Virus record (IMG/VR): IMGVR_UViG_3300013136_000004
Coordinates: 1 to 53,700 of that record
Direction: 5' to 3' (one strand)
Length of the DNA stretch: 53,700 nucleotides
DNA from: a virus
Taxonomy: Duplodnaviria > Caudoviricetes
Below, one piece after another: positions 18,161 to 26,657 of this stretch; positions within the stretch are counted from its first letter, which is position 1, and each line of letters begins with the position of its first letter. The notes beneath the pieces are model-generated. The model did no database searches. It saw only the letters and a list, made by a program, of their open reading frames with translations, and had not been told where the DNA came from. The position numbers and the translations under genes are program-made.

Positions 18161-19687
18161 ATGTCCGTTAGACGAAGAAAAATCGATACCTATATTGAAG
18201 AGCTCATCATTACAGGAATGATTGTCTCAACGGAGTTTATGAAGAGCATTGTCGGAATCATGGCTCCAGAAATTTTTGAGGTTGATTTTGTTAAGAGGGT
18301 ATCGAGGTGGTGTATCGATTACTTCTCGGAATACAAATCCTCTCCGAAGGAATCAATTCAGCATATCTTCAACATCGAATCGTCGAAAATCTCAGATGAA
18401 GAAAAAGAAATAATTAGAAATTTTCTCAATAGCCTCTCAGAAAAATATGAATCTTTTGAAGGGCAAATCAACGACCAATACCTCACAGACAAGGCAATCC
18501 AGTACATTAAGAAGAGAAAGTTGAAGCTCACATCTGAAAAAGTCTCCTCATACCTTGAACTCGATATGGTTGATGCAGCGGAGGATGAATTCAGCTCTTA
18601 CAAAAAGGTAATTGCCGAGACGGCCTCCTGGGTAAATCCATTTGAGAAGGAATATGTCAAGAAAATCTTTTCAGAGTACAACGACGAGAAATATCATCTT
18701 TTTAAGCTTCCGGGTGCGTTAGGGGAGGTGACAGGGTGGTTTGAAAGAGAGAATCTCATCGGAATTATTGCTCCAATGAAAAGGTATAAGAGCTGGATTT
18801 TAGAGGAGATTGCAATCCAGGGGATTCTTGAGAAGAGAAAAGTTGTTCTTTTCTCTCTCGAAATGAGTGCAAGAAAAATCTCGCAAAGAATTTACAGAAG
18901 GCTGACAGGGCTTGCGAAGAAAGAAACTGGGAACTATCTCTATCCGGTATTTGATTGCCTCGAAAATCAAGATGGGTCTTGCTCAAAACAGATAAGAAAA
19001 AACAAATCATCTCTCGTGAAATCATTAGATGAGGAGCTTCCGAAGTGGCAGCCAGAACTCGAATATGAAGCCTGCTCTCTTTGTAGAGGGACGAGGGATT
19101 TCCGACTCGGATTCTGGTGGATGAATAGAAGGGTTGAGAAAATAAAATACTCAACCACAAAGCCAATAATTGATGCACTTGTCAAGATGTACGGAGACAA
19201 TTTTCGAATCTTTTCATATCCTGCTTTTTCTGCAAACTTCTCGAGGATGAAAAGAGACCTGGAAAAATTAGAGGTTGTTGAGGGATTTCATGGCGACATT
19301 CTCCTTTATGATTACGCAGAAATATTTGGAGACGAATCCGGAGATAATGGAGATGAAAGGTCGAAAATCGATAAAAGATGGAAAATGCTGAAAGGGCAAG
19401 GAGACGAGAAACACGCATGCGTTGTCACTGTCAGTCAGACAGGAGAGAAGAAGTCTCTCGATAAGAAAATTCTTCAACAGTCAGACGCTGCGGGAGATGT
19501 AAGAAAAAATGCTCATGTTGACAAGATGTATACCATAAATCAGACTCCAGAGGAAAAAAGAAGAGGGGTTTTCAGATTCGGAGTAGTGGCAGACAGAGAT
19601 GAAGGATTCGATTCTCTCTCAAGTTGCTATGTACTCCAGCAGCTCGATGTTGGGCAGATTGCTCTCGACTCGGAAATTTTAAGATAA
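18161..19687 (+). CDS. dnaB: DnaB-like replicative helicase
   Basis: APMKRYKS (degenerate Walker A), FSLEMS, LYDYAE, VTVSQ, HVDKMYTINQ. Confidence 0.8.
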   Translation: MSVRRRKIDTYIEELIITGMIVSTEFMKSIVGIMAPEIFEVDFVKRVSRWCIDYFSEYKSSPKESIQHIFNIESSKISDEEKEIIRNFLNSLSEKYESFEGQINDQYLTDKAIQYIKKRKLKLTSEKVSSYLELDMVDAAEDEFSSYKKVIAETASWVNPFEKEYVKKIFSEYNDEKYHLFKLPGALGEVTGWFERENLIGIIAPMKRYKSWILEEIAIQGILEKRKVVLFSLEMSARKISQRIYRRLTGLAKKETGNYLYPVFDCLENQDGSCSKQIRKNKSSLVKSLDEELPKWQPELEYEACSLCRGTRDFRLGFWWMNRRVEKIKYSTTKPIIDALVKMYGDNFRIFSYPAFSANFSRMKRDLEKLEVVEGFHGDILLYDYAEIFGDESGDNGDERSKIDKRWKMLKGQGDEKHACVVTVSQTGEKKSLDKKILQQSDAAGDVRKNAHVDKMYTINQTPEEKRRGVFRFGVVADRDEGFDSLSSCYVLQQLDVGQIALDSEILR

Positions 19688-19699
19688 TCAAAGAAAAAA

Positions 19700-19728
19700 T
19701 TCTCAATTTGATAAAAATGCCTTATAAT
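19700..19728 (+). promoter_or_regulatory. Phage-specific promoter of the 7-deazaguanine operon
   Basis: TTCTCAATTT-N13-TATAAT, intergenic, 20 bp before queD. Confidence 0.75.
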
Positions 19729-19748
19729 TCTTGTGAAGGAGAAAAATA

Positions 19749-20135
19749 ATGATTTCTATTACGCGGAAATTCGAGTTTCATTCTGCCCACTATCTTCCAA
19801 ATTACGATGGAAAATGTTCCCGCCAGCATGGTCACACCTATATTCTCGAAGTTGAAGTTGCAGGAAAGATAAAAGCCCAAGGTCCAAAAACAGGAATGAT
19901 AATGGACTTCGGTGAGTTGAAAATATCGGTCGATAAGGTTGTTATAGAAAAATTAGACCATGAGCTCCTCAACGATGTATGGGAAAATCCAACAGCAGAG
20001 GTTATGGTTGAAGATATCGCAATAATGCTTCTTCCTTTCCTTCCTGGTCTTGTAAGAGTGAGATTATACGAAACAACTAACAGCTATGCCGAATGGAGAA
20101 AAGATGAAAGTTTTGAGCGTATTTCGAAGCATTAA
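19749..20135 (+). CDS. queD: 6-carboxy-5,6,7,8-tetrahydropterin synthase
   Basis: FHSAHYL, CSRQHGHTY, MDFG, LDHELLN, NPTAE, LYET. Confidence 0.95.
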   Translation: MISITRKFEFHSAHYLPNYDGKCSRQHGHTYILEVEVAGKIKAQGPKTGMIMDFGELKISVDKVVIEKLDHELLNDVWENPTAEVMVEDIAIMLLPFLPGLVRVRLYETTNSYAEWRKDESFERISKH

Positions 20136-20781
20136 TGGAGAAGTAAATCGAAGCCTCCAGGGCTCGATGGCGACATTTGTCAGGTTTGCAGGATGTCCTT
20201 TCAGATGTTCATACTGTGATACAAGGAGGGCGCAAAAGAAAGATTCTGGAAGAATTATGACCGTCGATGAAATCGTCAATTCTATTATTGCTGAAGGATG
20301 CGAAAATGTCACTCTTACCGGAGGGGACCCTCTCTATCAATCTCAAGATGATTTAAAGTACCTTCTTAGGGAGCTGACAGAGAAGAGATGCTTTAAAGTT
20401 TCAATTGAGACGAATGGATTTTTCTCTGTCGAGCCCTATGAGGAATTCAGATTCGATGTTTCATTCGTAATGGATTATAAGCTGAAAGGCTCAGGGATGG
20501 ATGGGCATATGAAGGACGAGAATTTCGTTCCTTTATGGAAAAATGATTTTATTAAATTTGTCATTACAAGCATTGCGGATTATTCTCAAGCAAAGGAGGT
20601 GATGAGGCGGCTTAGACTTCAAGGATGCGAAGCGAAGTTTGCATTTAGTCCTTGCCATGGAGGGAAATTTGATGCTGCGAAATTGATAGAAGAGATGAAG
20701 AATGACAGAATCACAGACTGTATAGTTAATCTTCAAATCCATAAGTATATATGGCCGGAAGCCGGCGAGAAAGAGGTCTAA
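20104..20781 (+). CDS. queE: 7-carboxy-7-deazaguanine synthase (radical SAM)
   Basis: SINGE, FVRFAGCPFRCSYCDT, TGGDP, IETNG, LQIHKYIW. Confidence 0.95.
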   Translation: MKVLSVFRSINGEVNRSLQGSMATFVRFAGCPFRCSYCDTRRAQKKDSGRIMTVDEIVNSIIAEGCENVTLTGGDPLYQSQDDLKYLLRELTEKRCFKVSIETNGFFSVEPYEEFRFDVSFVMDYKLKGSGMDGHMKDENFVPLWKNDFIKFVITSIADYSQAKEVMRRLRLQGCEAKFAFSPCHGGKFDAAKLIEEMKNDRITDCIVNLQIHKYIWPEAGEKEV

Positions 20782-20782
20782 G

Positions 20783-21229
20783 ATGTCAGTGATTGTAGAT
20801 GTGAAGATAAATGGTGGAACATATTACTTGGGAGAATCTCCTGAGGAAATTTTCAAAGCACTTATTTCGATTTTTGATTTTACTGGAAAATATCAATTCT
20901 CTCCTCTCGAAACATTAAAGGGCAATTTTATTGAAATTTGTGAAATGGCAAAAGAGAATTTCATTGAACTAAAGAAAAGCCCACTTGTCACAAATCCGGA
21001 ACTCACAAAAGAATATCGAAAATGGCAGATGAAGATGGATAGGTTCATTGCGAGATTTCAATCGATTCAGAGTGTAGAGGAGTTTCATCAAAAGTTTTTC
21101 GATATGCTTCTCTCATTTGAAAACCTTTCTCCTCTTCACGGATTTGGTGCTAAAAATAAGTGGGGAGATAAGCTCTATGGAGACCCGGAGAGAAAACTTC
21201 TTTCAAAAATGGGAGGAAAAATTGAATGA
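20783..21229 (+). CDS. Hypothetical protein within the que cluster
   Basis: Tightly packed ORF between queE and queC. Confidence 0.65.
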   Translation: MSVIVDVKINGGTYYLGESPEEIFKALISIFDFTGKYQFSPLETLKGNFIEICEMAKENFIELKKSPLVTNPELTKEYRKWQMKMDRFIARFQSIQSVEEFHQKFFDMLLSFENLSPLHGFGAKNKWGDKLYGDPERKLLSKMGGKIE

Positions 21230-21915
21230 GAAATTTAGATGAAAAAAGAGCAATTGTTTTATTGTCGGGCGGGCAGGATTCTGCAACCTGTCTCTCTATT
21301 GCGATGAAGACATTCATCGAGGTCCATACTGTAAGCTTCTACTACGGACAGAGGCATAAGCTGGAGCTTGAGAAGGCGAAGAAATTGAGCGAAATAGCAG
21401 GAGCGAAATCTCACGCAGTTGTCGATATTGCGGGACTCTTCTCTCAGGTGACAGAATCTTCATTGATGGATTCAAATTCGGATATTTCTGAGAAATGCAA
21501 ATTTGATGATTCTGTCCCTGCATCATTTGTTCCGTTTCGAAATCTTTTCTTCATTTCATCTGCTGCCGCCATTGCGTATAGAAAAGGGATAGCGAATCTC
21601 ATGACAGGGGTATGTTCCACTGATTTCTCAGGATATTTTGACTGCAGAGACGTCTTTATCAAGGCAGCGAATGTGGCGATTTCTCTTGCTGGAGATTGCA
21701 ATCTTGATATCCACACTCCTCTCATGTGGCTCACAAAGGCAGAGACTGTCCTTCTTATGGCGAGACTGGAAACATTCGAATGGTATGAGCACACTCTTAC
21801 CTGCTATGAAGGAAAAGAGCCTCCATGTGGCGTCTGTCCTGCCTGTAAGTTGAGAGCAAAGGGATTCGAGGAGGCTGGACTCATGGACCCGTTAATTCTA
21901 AAATTCGAGGAGTAA
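21226..21915 (+). CDS. queC: 7-cyano-7-deazaguanine (preQ0) synthase
   Basis: LLSGGQDSAT, YGQRH, VPFRN, DCR, TPLM, TCY...CGVCPAC. Confidence 0.96.
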   Translation: MRNLDEKRAIVLLSGGQDSATCLSIAMKTFIEVHTVSFYYGQRHKLELEKAKKLSEIAGAKSHAVVDIAGLFSQVTESSLMDSNSDISEKCKFDDSVPASFVPFRNLFFISSAAAIAYRKGIANLMTGVCSTDFSGYFDCRDVFIKAANVAISLAGDCNLDIHTPLMWLTKAETVLLMARLETFEWYEHTLTCYEGKEPPCGVCPACKLRAKGFEEAGLMDPLILKFEE

Positions 21916-21916
21916 G

Positions 21917-22849
21917 ATGAGGAAAAAACATTATTATACATGGGACGAATTCAATGATGATTGTGTTGAGCTCTCGAGAGTGATTTCGAATTCTGGGGTT
22001 CGAGGAAAAGTTTCTGGAATTTATGGAGTCCCTAATGGCGGAAATCTTCTTGCTGACAGGCTGAGTAGATTGCTCTCACTTGAAAAGGTCCACAGAGCTT
22101 TCGCTGATTCTCCGGGAGTTCTTGTTGTTGACGATATAATTGATTCCGGAGAAACAAGAAGGAGATTTCCTTACAATCATTTTGTCTCTATTCACATAAG
22201 ACCCGAAGTCGAAAATTCCTTTGAAAAAACCCTTTGTCTTCGAGTAGAGGATAGATGGGTGTGTTATCCGTGGGAGAAAGAAGAGGAGAATAAAGGAGAA
22301 GATATCGTCAGGAGGATGCTCGAATTCATCGGAGAAAATCTGAATCGTCCAGGGCTGAGAGAAACTCCGGAGAGAGTTGTCAAGATGTGGGAAGAGGTGT
22401 TCGAGGGATATGATAAGAATAAATTTCCGAAGATAACGACAATTAACAACGGAGAAGACGGAATACTCTACCACGACATGATAATTGATAGTGGGTATTT
22501 TTTCTCACACTGCGAGCATCATGTCGTTCCCTTCTTTGGAAAATTCAGCTTCGGGTACATCCCCGACAAGGTCTTGATTGGGGCAAGTAAGATATCGAGA
22601 GTGATTGATTTCTATTCTCACAAACTCCAGATAGCCGAAAGGCTCGTTCATGAAATAGTAGATTGCATGCAAGAAACACTTTCTCCGAAAGGATTGATAT
22701 TGATAATGAGCGGAAGGCATCTCTGCAAGGAAATGAGAGGAGTGAAAAAATTCGATTCTCCTTTCGAGGTGATAGCTGTAAGGGGATGCTTTTCAACAAA
22801 TAAAGACGGATGCAAAGATGAATTCATGTCAAGAATTCAAAGGAGATAA
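21917..22849 (+). CDS. folE: Purine phosphoribosyltransferase-like domain fused to GTP cyclohydrolase I
   Basis: N-terminal YGVPNGG...LVVDDIIDSGET...YPWE (PRTase); C-terminal RPGLRETPERV, SHCEHH, GASKISR, LQIAE, HLCKEMRGV (GCH-I). Confidence 0.92.
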   Translation: MRKKHYYTWDEFNDDCVELSRVISNSGVRGKVSGIYGVPNGGNLLADRLSRLLSLEKVHRAFADSPGVLVVDDIIDSGETRRRFPYNHFVSIHIRPEVENSFEKTLCLRVEDRWVCYPWEKEEENKGEDIVRRMLEFIGENLNRPGLRETPERVVKMWEEVFEGYDKNKFPKITTINNGEDGILYHDMIIDSGYFFSHCEHHVVPFFGKFSFGYIPDKVLIGASKISRVIDFYSHKLQIAERLVHEIVDCMQETLSPKGLILIMSGRHLCKEMRGVKKFDSPFEVIAVRGCFSTNKDGCKDEFMSRIQRR

Positions 22850-22852
22850 GTT

Positions 22853-23296
22853 ATGGGAAGACTTTTCGGGAGAATTGTGATGACCGATTTAGCAGCAAAG
22901 ACATTTATCTTGATGTCGGTGGTTAGACCTCCTTTTCGATTTCCATCTCATTGGTTCAAGATATCTCTTGCGAGAGTTATGAATCCTGAAATGACAGATG
23001 ATGAGATAAAAAAAGAGTTTTTTGATAAAGGAAATGCGAAATTCGGCGACACGCTGAGGACGTTTTCAGACCCGAGAATTGGAGCATTCCGGGAAATTTC
23101 TAAAGGAAAATATATTTATGAAAATATTGTAACTCGAGGAATGCTTAGAAAATTCAAGGAAATCTACAAAGAGAAAAAGGATATAGGAAGATTTTTAAAA
23201 TCAAAGGAGAAAATGAATGAAAAAAGACAAGACAAATCATCTCAAAAGTCTCGGCGCAAAGAAAACAATCTACAAGCTCGGCGGGCCGAATACTAA
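22853..23296 (+). CDS. Hypothetical protein within the que cluster
   Basis: ORF with AAGGAG RBS between folE and queF. Confidence 0.6.
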   Translation: MGRLFGRIVMTDLAAKTFILMSVVRPPFRFPSHWFKISLARVMNPEMTDDEIKKEFFDKGNAKFGDTLRTFSDPRIGAFREISKGKYIYENIVTRGMLRKFKEIYKEKKDIGRFLKSKEKMNEKRQDKSSQKSRRKENNLQARRAEY

Positions 23297-24665
23297 AATT
23301 CTCGAGACATTCGAGAATAAGTTTCAGTTGAGGGAATATCGAATTCTCTTCCGGACAAATGAATTTTCTTCTCTTTGCGTTTCCGGAGATACTTTGATGG
23401 ATATTTCTCGCAACGAAGAAAAATATCCTGATGGAATCCCTATAAAAGATTTGGTGGGGACTGAGGGTATTATTTTCGGATTTGATTTAGAGACAAGAGA
23501 ACCAGTTGCGAGAAAATATCACTCTGTAAGAAAAACAAGAGAAGATGCTTCTGTCGTGAAAATCAATCTTGAGCACTTGCACTGCAGCGGAAAAGAAGGA
23601 GACGACCATATAACTCGAATCCCGAAAGAGATTGTAGTGACTCCAGACCATCCGGTTCTAATATCGACGGGGTGGGGAAAGACTTCTTGGATATTGGCTT
23701 CGGAGCTGGAGCCGGGGATGAGGTTAGTAGCTGACCAGAAATCTTTCGATTGTATTCGAGGAAAGGCTCGTCACAGACTCATAATGGAATGCTTTCTCGG
23801 GAGATATCTCGAGGATGAGCTGATTCACCACAAAGACCATTGCCATTTTAATAATGAAATTGAAAATCTTGAAATAAAAAATCAGTCTTCTCATTTCAGT
23901 CATCACCAATCAATGAAATATGGATATTCTTCGTCTCTTCCTTCGGTAGAAGAGCTCATCGAAATGTACAATTCCGGAGAAAATTTTAATTCATTAGCTA
24001 AAAAATTCAAGTGCGATTTTTCAACAATTGAATCGAGAATTGGACATCTGGTTGACAAAAGAACTCAGAAAGAATCTCTTTTGGCCAAGCCTGAGAGCAT
24101 TATTCATAGAAAATTGATGAAAGAGTGCTCTCAATATTATCAGAGAGGATATACTATTCTTGAGCTCTCTGAGTTCTACGGAGTTGATGGAACGACAATC
24201 TCTCAATGGATTATTAAATCAGGAGGAAAAGTTCGAACTTCTCTCGAAACAAAAGATTTTCGAAAAAGAGTTTCCGAGCTACCTTCTCTTAATCATCGAG
24301 TTGTTTCCGTTGAGCCTCATGGAAGGCAAGATGTATACAATCTCGAGGTCGAGGACATAGAAAACTTTTTTGGAAATGGAGTAGTGCTTCATAATTGCCC
24401 AAAAACCGGCCAACCGGATTTCGCCTCCATCGAGATAGAATATATCCCGAGAAAGAAGTGCATCGAATCAAAATCTCTCAAACTCTATCTCTTTTCCTAT
24501 AGAGGCCACGGCTCATTCATGGAGACGATAACCAATAAAATCCTCGAAGACCTGGTTGATACTTGTGACCCTCTCTGGATGAAGGTTGTAGGAAGCTTCA
24601 ATGCTCGTGGGGGAATTACAACTGACGTCGTCGCAGAATATCACTCAAAGGAGTATCGGCCGTGA
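23217..24665 (+). CDS. queF: preQ0 reductase (type I QueF) interrupted by an intein
   Basis: Spliced sequence EFSSL|CPKTGQPDFA, QueF motif ESKSLKLYLFSYR, FMET, FNARGGI; 142 aa after removing the intein. Confidence 0.92.
   Translation: MKKDKTNHLKSLGAKKTIYKLGGPNTKILETFENKFQLREYRILFRTNEFSSLCVSGDTLMDISRNEEKYPDGIPIKDLVGTEGIIFGFDLETREPVARKYHSVRKTREDASVVKINLEHLHCSGKEGDDHITRIPKEIVVTPDHPVLISTGWGKTSWILASELEPGMRLVADQKSFDCIRGKARHRLIMECFLGRYLEDELIHHKDHCHFNNEIENLEIKNQSSHFSHHQSMKYGYSSSLPSVEELIEMYNSGENFNSLAKKFKCDFSTIESRIGHLVDKRTQKESLLAKPESIIHRKLMKECSQYYQRGYTILELSEFYGVDGTTISQWIIKSGGKVRTSLETKDFRKRVSELPSLNHRVVSVEPHGRQDVYNLEVEDIENFFGNGVVLHNCPKTGQPDFASIEIEYIPRKKCIESKSLKLYLFSYRGHGSFMETITNKILEDLVDTCDPLWMKVVGSFNARGGITTDVVAEYHSKEYRP
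23376..24395 (+). mobile_element. Intein (340 aa) with HNH homing endonuclease and HTH repeats
   Basis: Starts CVSGDT; block B VTPDHPV; HHKDHCHFNNEIENL HNH motif; VYNLEV...NFFGNGVVLHN end; +1 residue is Cys. Confidence 0.93.
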
Positions 24666-25630
24666 ACGAAGTTACGATGTATTTTGCGGGATGTTGGGAT
24701 GGGAAGGCATCTCCGGAAGAGTATGAGATAGGAGTGAGAAATAAGCTCTGCTCATTCGTCTATCCGAAACAATTCGAGAGCTGGATGGATGTCTCTGGGG
24801 ACACACCTGGAAAAGTATTAATTGATTCAGGCGCCTTCTCTGCCTGGAATAAAGGCGACCAGATTGACTTCGAAAAATATATTAGATATTGCCACGGAGC
24901 AATATCTGAAGGAGAGAAGAGAAACAAGATAGTGAGAGTTGTCAATCTCGATGTCATTCCTGGAAAGAAAGGCGAGACGATAAATCTCAACTCTTCTGTG
25001 AAGAAAGAGGACAAGGCAATAATTGAAAAAGCGGCAGAGGATGGATATAAAAACCTCTGCCGATTTCTCGAGGATGGAATTACTCCGATACATGTCTTTC
25101 ACCAAGGAGAGCATTTCAAATGGCTCGACAAGATGGTTGAGAAGACAGATTATATTGGAATCTCTCCTGCAAACGACGTTCCTCCTGACCAGAAGAAGCT
25201 CTGGATGGATAGAGCATTTTCATATCTTGCGAAAAATAATATCAAGGTGAAGACTCATGGGTTTGCTGTTTTCGGTTCATCTATGATTCTTGAATTTCCT
25301 TGGACAAGCTGCGATGCCGCTACATGGAGAATTGCTGCCGGATTCGGATGTGCGTATTTCCCTGTCGGAGGATACAAGAATCCAGATTTCTCAAAGCCTC
25401 CTGTCGTTGTGAAGATTTCAGATAAACAGACAACAAAAGAGCAGTTTCAATTTTATGGAATCTTCGAAGAAGAGCTCCAGGAGACAGGGTATACTTTCGA
25501 AAAGCTCTCAACAACATGGGAGGAGAGATGTAGGGCAAATATGAAATTCTTCTTGCATCTCGAAAAATGGATAAATGAGAAGAAGAAGACTCTGACATTT
25601 AAACCGAAGAGTAGTATTTTTAGTATGTGA
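24662..25630 (+). CDS. dpdA: DpdA/TGT-like 7-deazaguanine DNA transglycosylase
   Basis: LIDSGAFSAW, NLDVIPG, IHVFHQGE, YIGIS, THGFA, SCDAATW; last gene of the que cluster. Confidence 0.8.
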   Translation: MNEVTMYFAGCWDGKASPEEYEIGVRNKLCSFVYPKQFESWMDVSGDTPGKVLIDSGAFSAWNKGDQIDFEKYIRYCHGAISEGEKRNKIVRVVNLDVIPGKKGETINLNSSVKKEDKAIIEKAAEDGYKNLCRFLEDGITPIHVFHQGEHFKWLDKMVEKTDYIGISPANDVPPDQKKLWMDRAFSYLAKNNIKVKTHGFAVFGSSMILEFPWTSCDAATWRIAAGFGCAYFPVGGYKNPDFSKPPVVVKISDKQTTKEQFQFYGIFEEELQETGYTFEKLSTTWEERCRANMKFFLHLEKWINEKKKTLTFKPKSSIFSM

Positions 25631-25640
25631 AAGGAGAATC

Positions 25641-26657
25641 ATGGAATTTGATGTTAAAGAGCTTGTGAGAACTCTTAAAATGGTGATGCCTGGATTAGGA
25701 GGAAAATCTGTTATTGAGCAGGCAAATCACTTCGTTTTTACGCCGAAAAGAATTGTGACATTCAACGACCAGATATGTGTCTCCCACCCATTTCCGTGCG
25801 GAGACATAACTCCCTTCTCTGCTCCATCGGACGAGCTCTTCTCGATTCTTTCCGGAATAAAAGAAGAGGAGATAGAAGTCACTATTTCAGAAGGAAAGAT
25901 GAAAATAGAGACTGAATCGACAACAGCTGAAATTTCGATAAAGGAGGAAGGACATATCTTCTCAAACATCAAATTCTTAGACGATATTGAGATTACAGTT
26001 CGAGAGGAGATTCCAGAAGGATTCATCGAAGGAGTAAAGCTCTGCCTCTTTTCTGTCTCGAGGGATATTACCAGGGGATTTCTGAGCTGTGTAAGCATAA
26101 ATGAGGATTCGGTTCTTTCATCTGACGACTGTAGAATAAGTTGGTACAAGATGAAAGGAAAGATGAGGTCTGTTCTTATTCCTCTCGTCTCTGCATCGAA
26201 GCTTATCCAGTATGAAGTGAAGCAATTCATTATCGATTCTTCTTGGATTCACTTTTTTACAGAAGATAATGTTGTTTTCAGCTCAAGAATTCTTTCGGAT
26301 GAATTTCCTGAGTGTGCGGAGGCTTTCGAAGTCGAAGGAGTCAATCTCTCATTGCCGAAAGAGATGAAGGATGCCATAACATCGACATCTATATTCTCTG
26401 AAGGAATGACGGAGCTCGACAGGGTTATTTCGATAGATGTTAAAAAAGGAAAGATTTCTTGCAAGTCTGAGAATCAGACAGGAAAGCTCATAAAGAAAAT
26501 GAAAATAGATTACGATGGACCTGAGTTTTCATTCTATGCAAATCCCTTCTTCATGTCTCAGGTTCTCGAGCATTTAACTAAAATCACAGTCGGAAAATCA
26601 AAAGCTCTCTTTTCTTCTGGCTCATTTCTTCATGTCATGGCGCTTCCAGTAGAGTAG
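25641..26657 (+). CDS. dnaN: DNA polymerase III beta sliding clamp-like protein
   Basis: 338 aa; FSVSRDITRGFLSCV, SSDDCRIS, SSRILSDEFP, ANPFFM, HVMALP, matching beta-clamp motifs. Confidence 0.82.
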   Translation: MEFDVKELVRTLKMVMPGLGGKSVIEQANHFVFTPKRIVTFNDQICVSHPFPCGDITPFSAPSDELFSILSGIKEEEIEVTISEGKMKIETESTTAEISIKEEGHIFSNIKFLDDIEITVREEIPEGFIEGVKLCLFSVSRDITRGFLSCVSINEDSVLSSDDCRISWYKMKGKMRSVLIPLVSASKLIQYEVKQFIIDSSWIHFFTEDNVVFSSRILSDEFPECAEAFEVEGVNLSLPKEMKDAITSTSIFSEGMTELDRVISIDVKKGKISCKSENQTGKLIKKMKIDYDGPEFSFYANPFFMSQVLEHLTKITVGKSKALFSSGSFLHVMALPVE

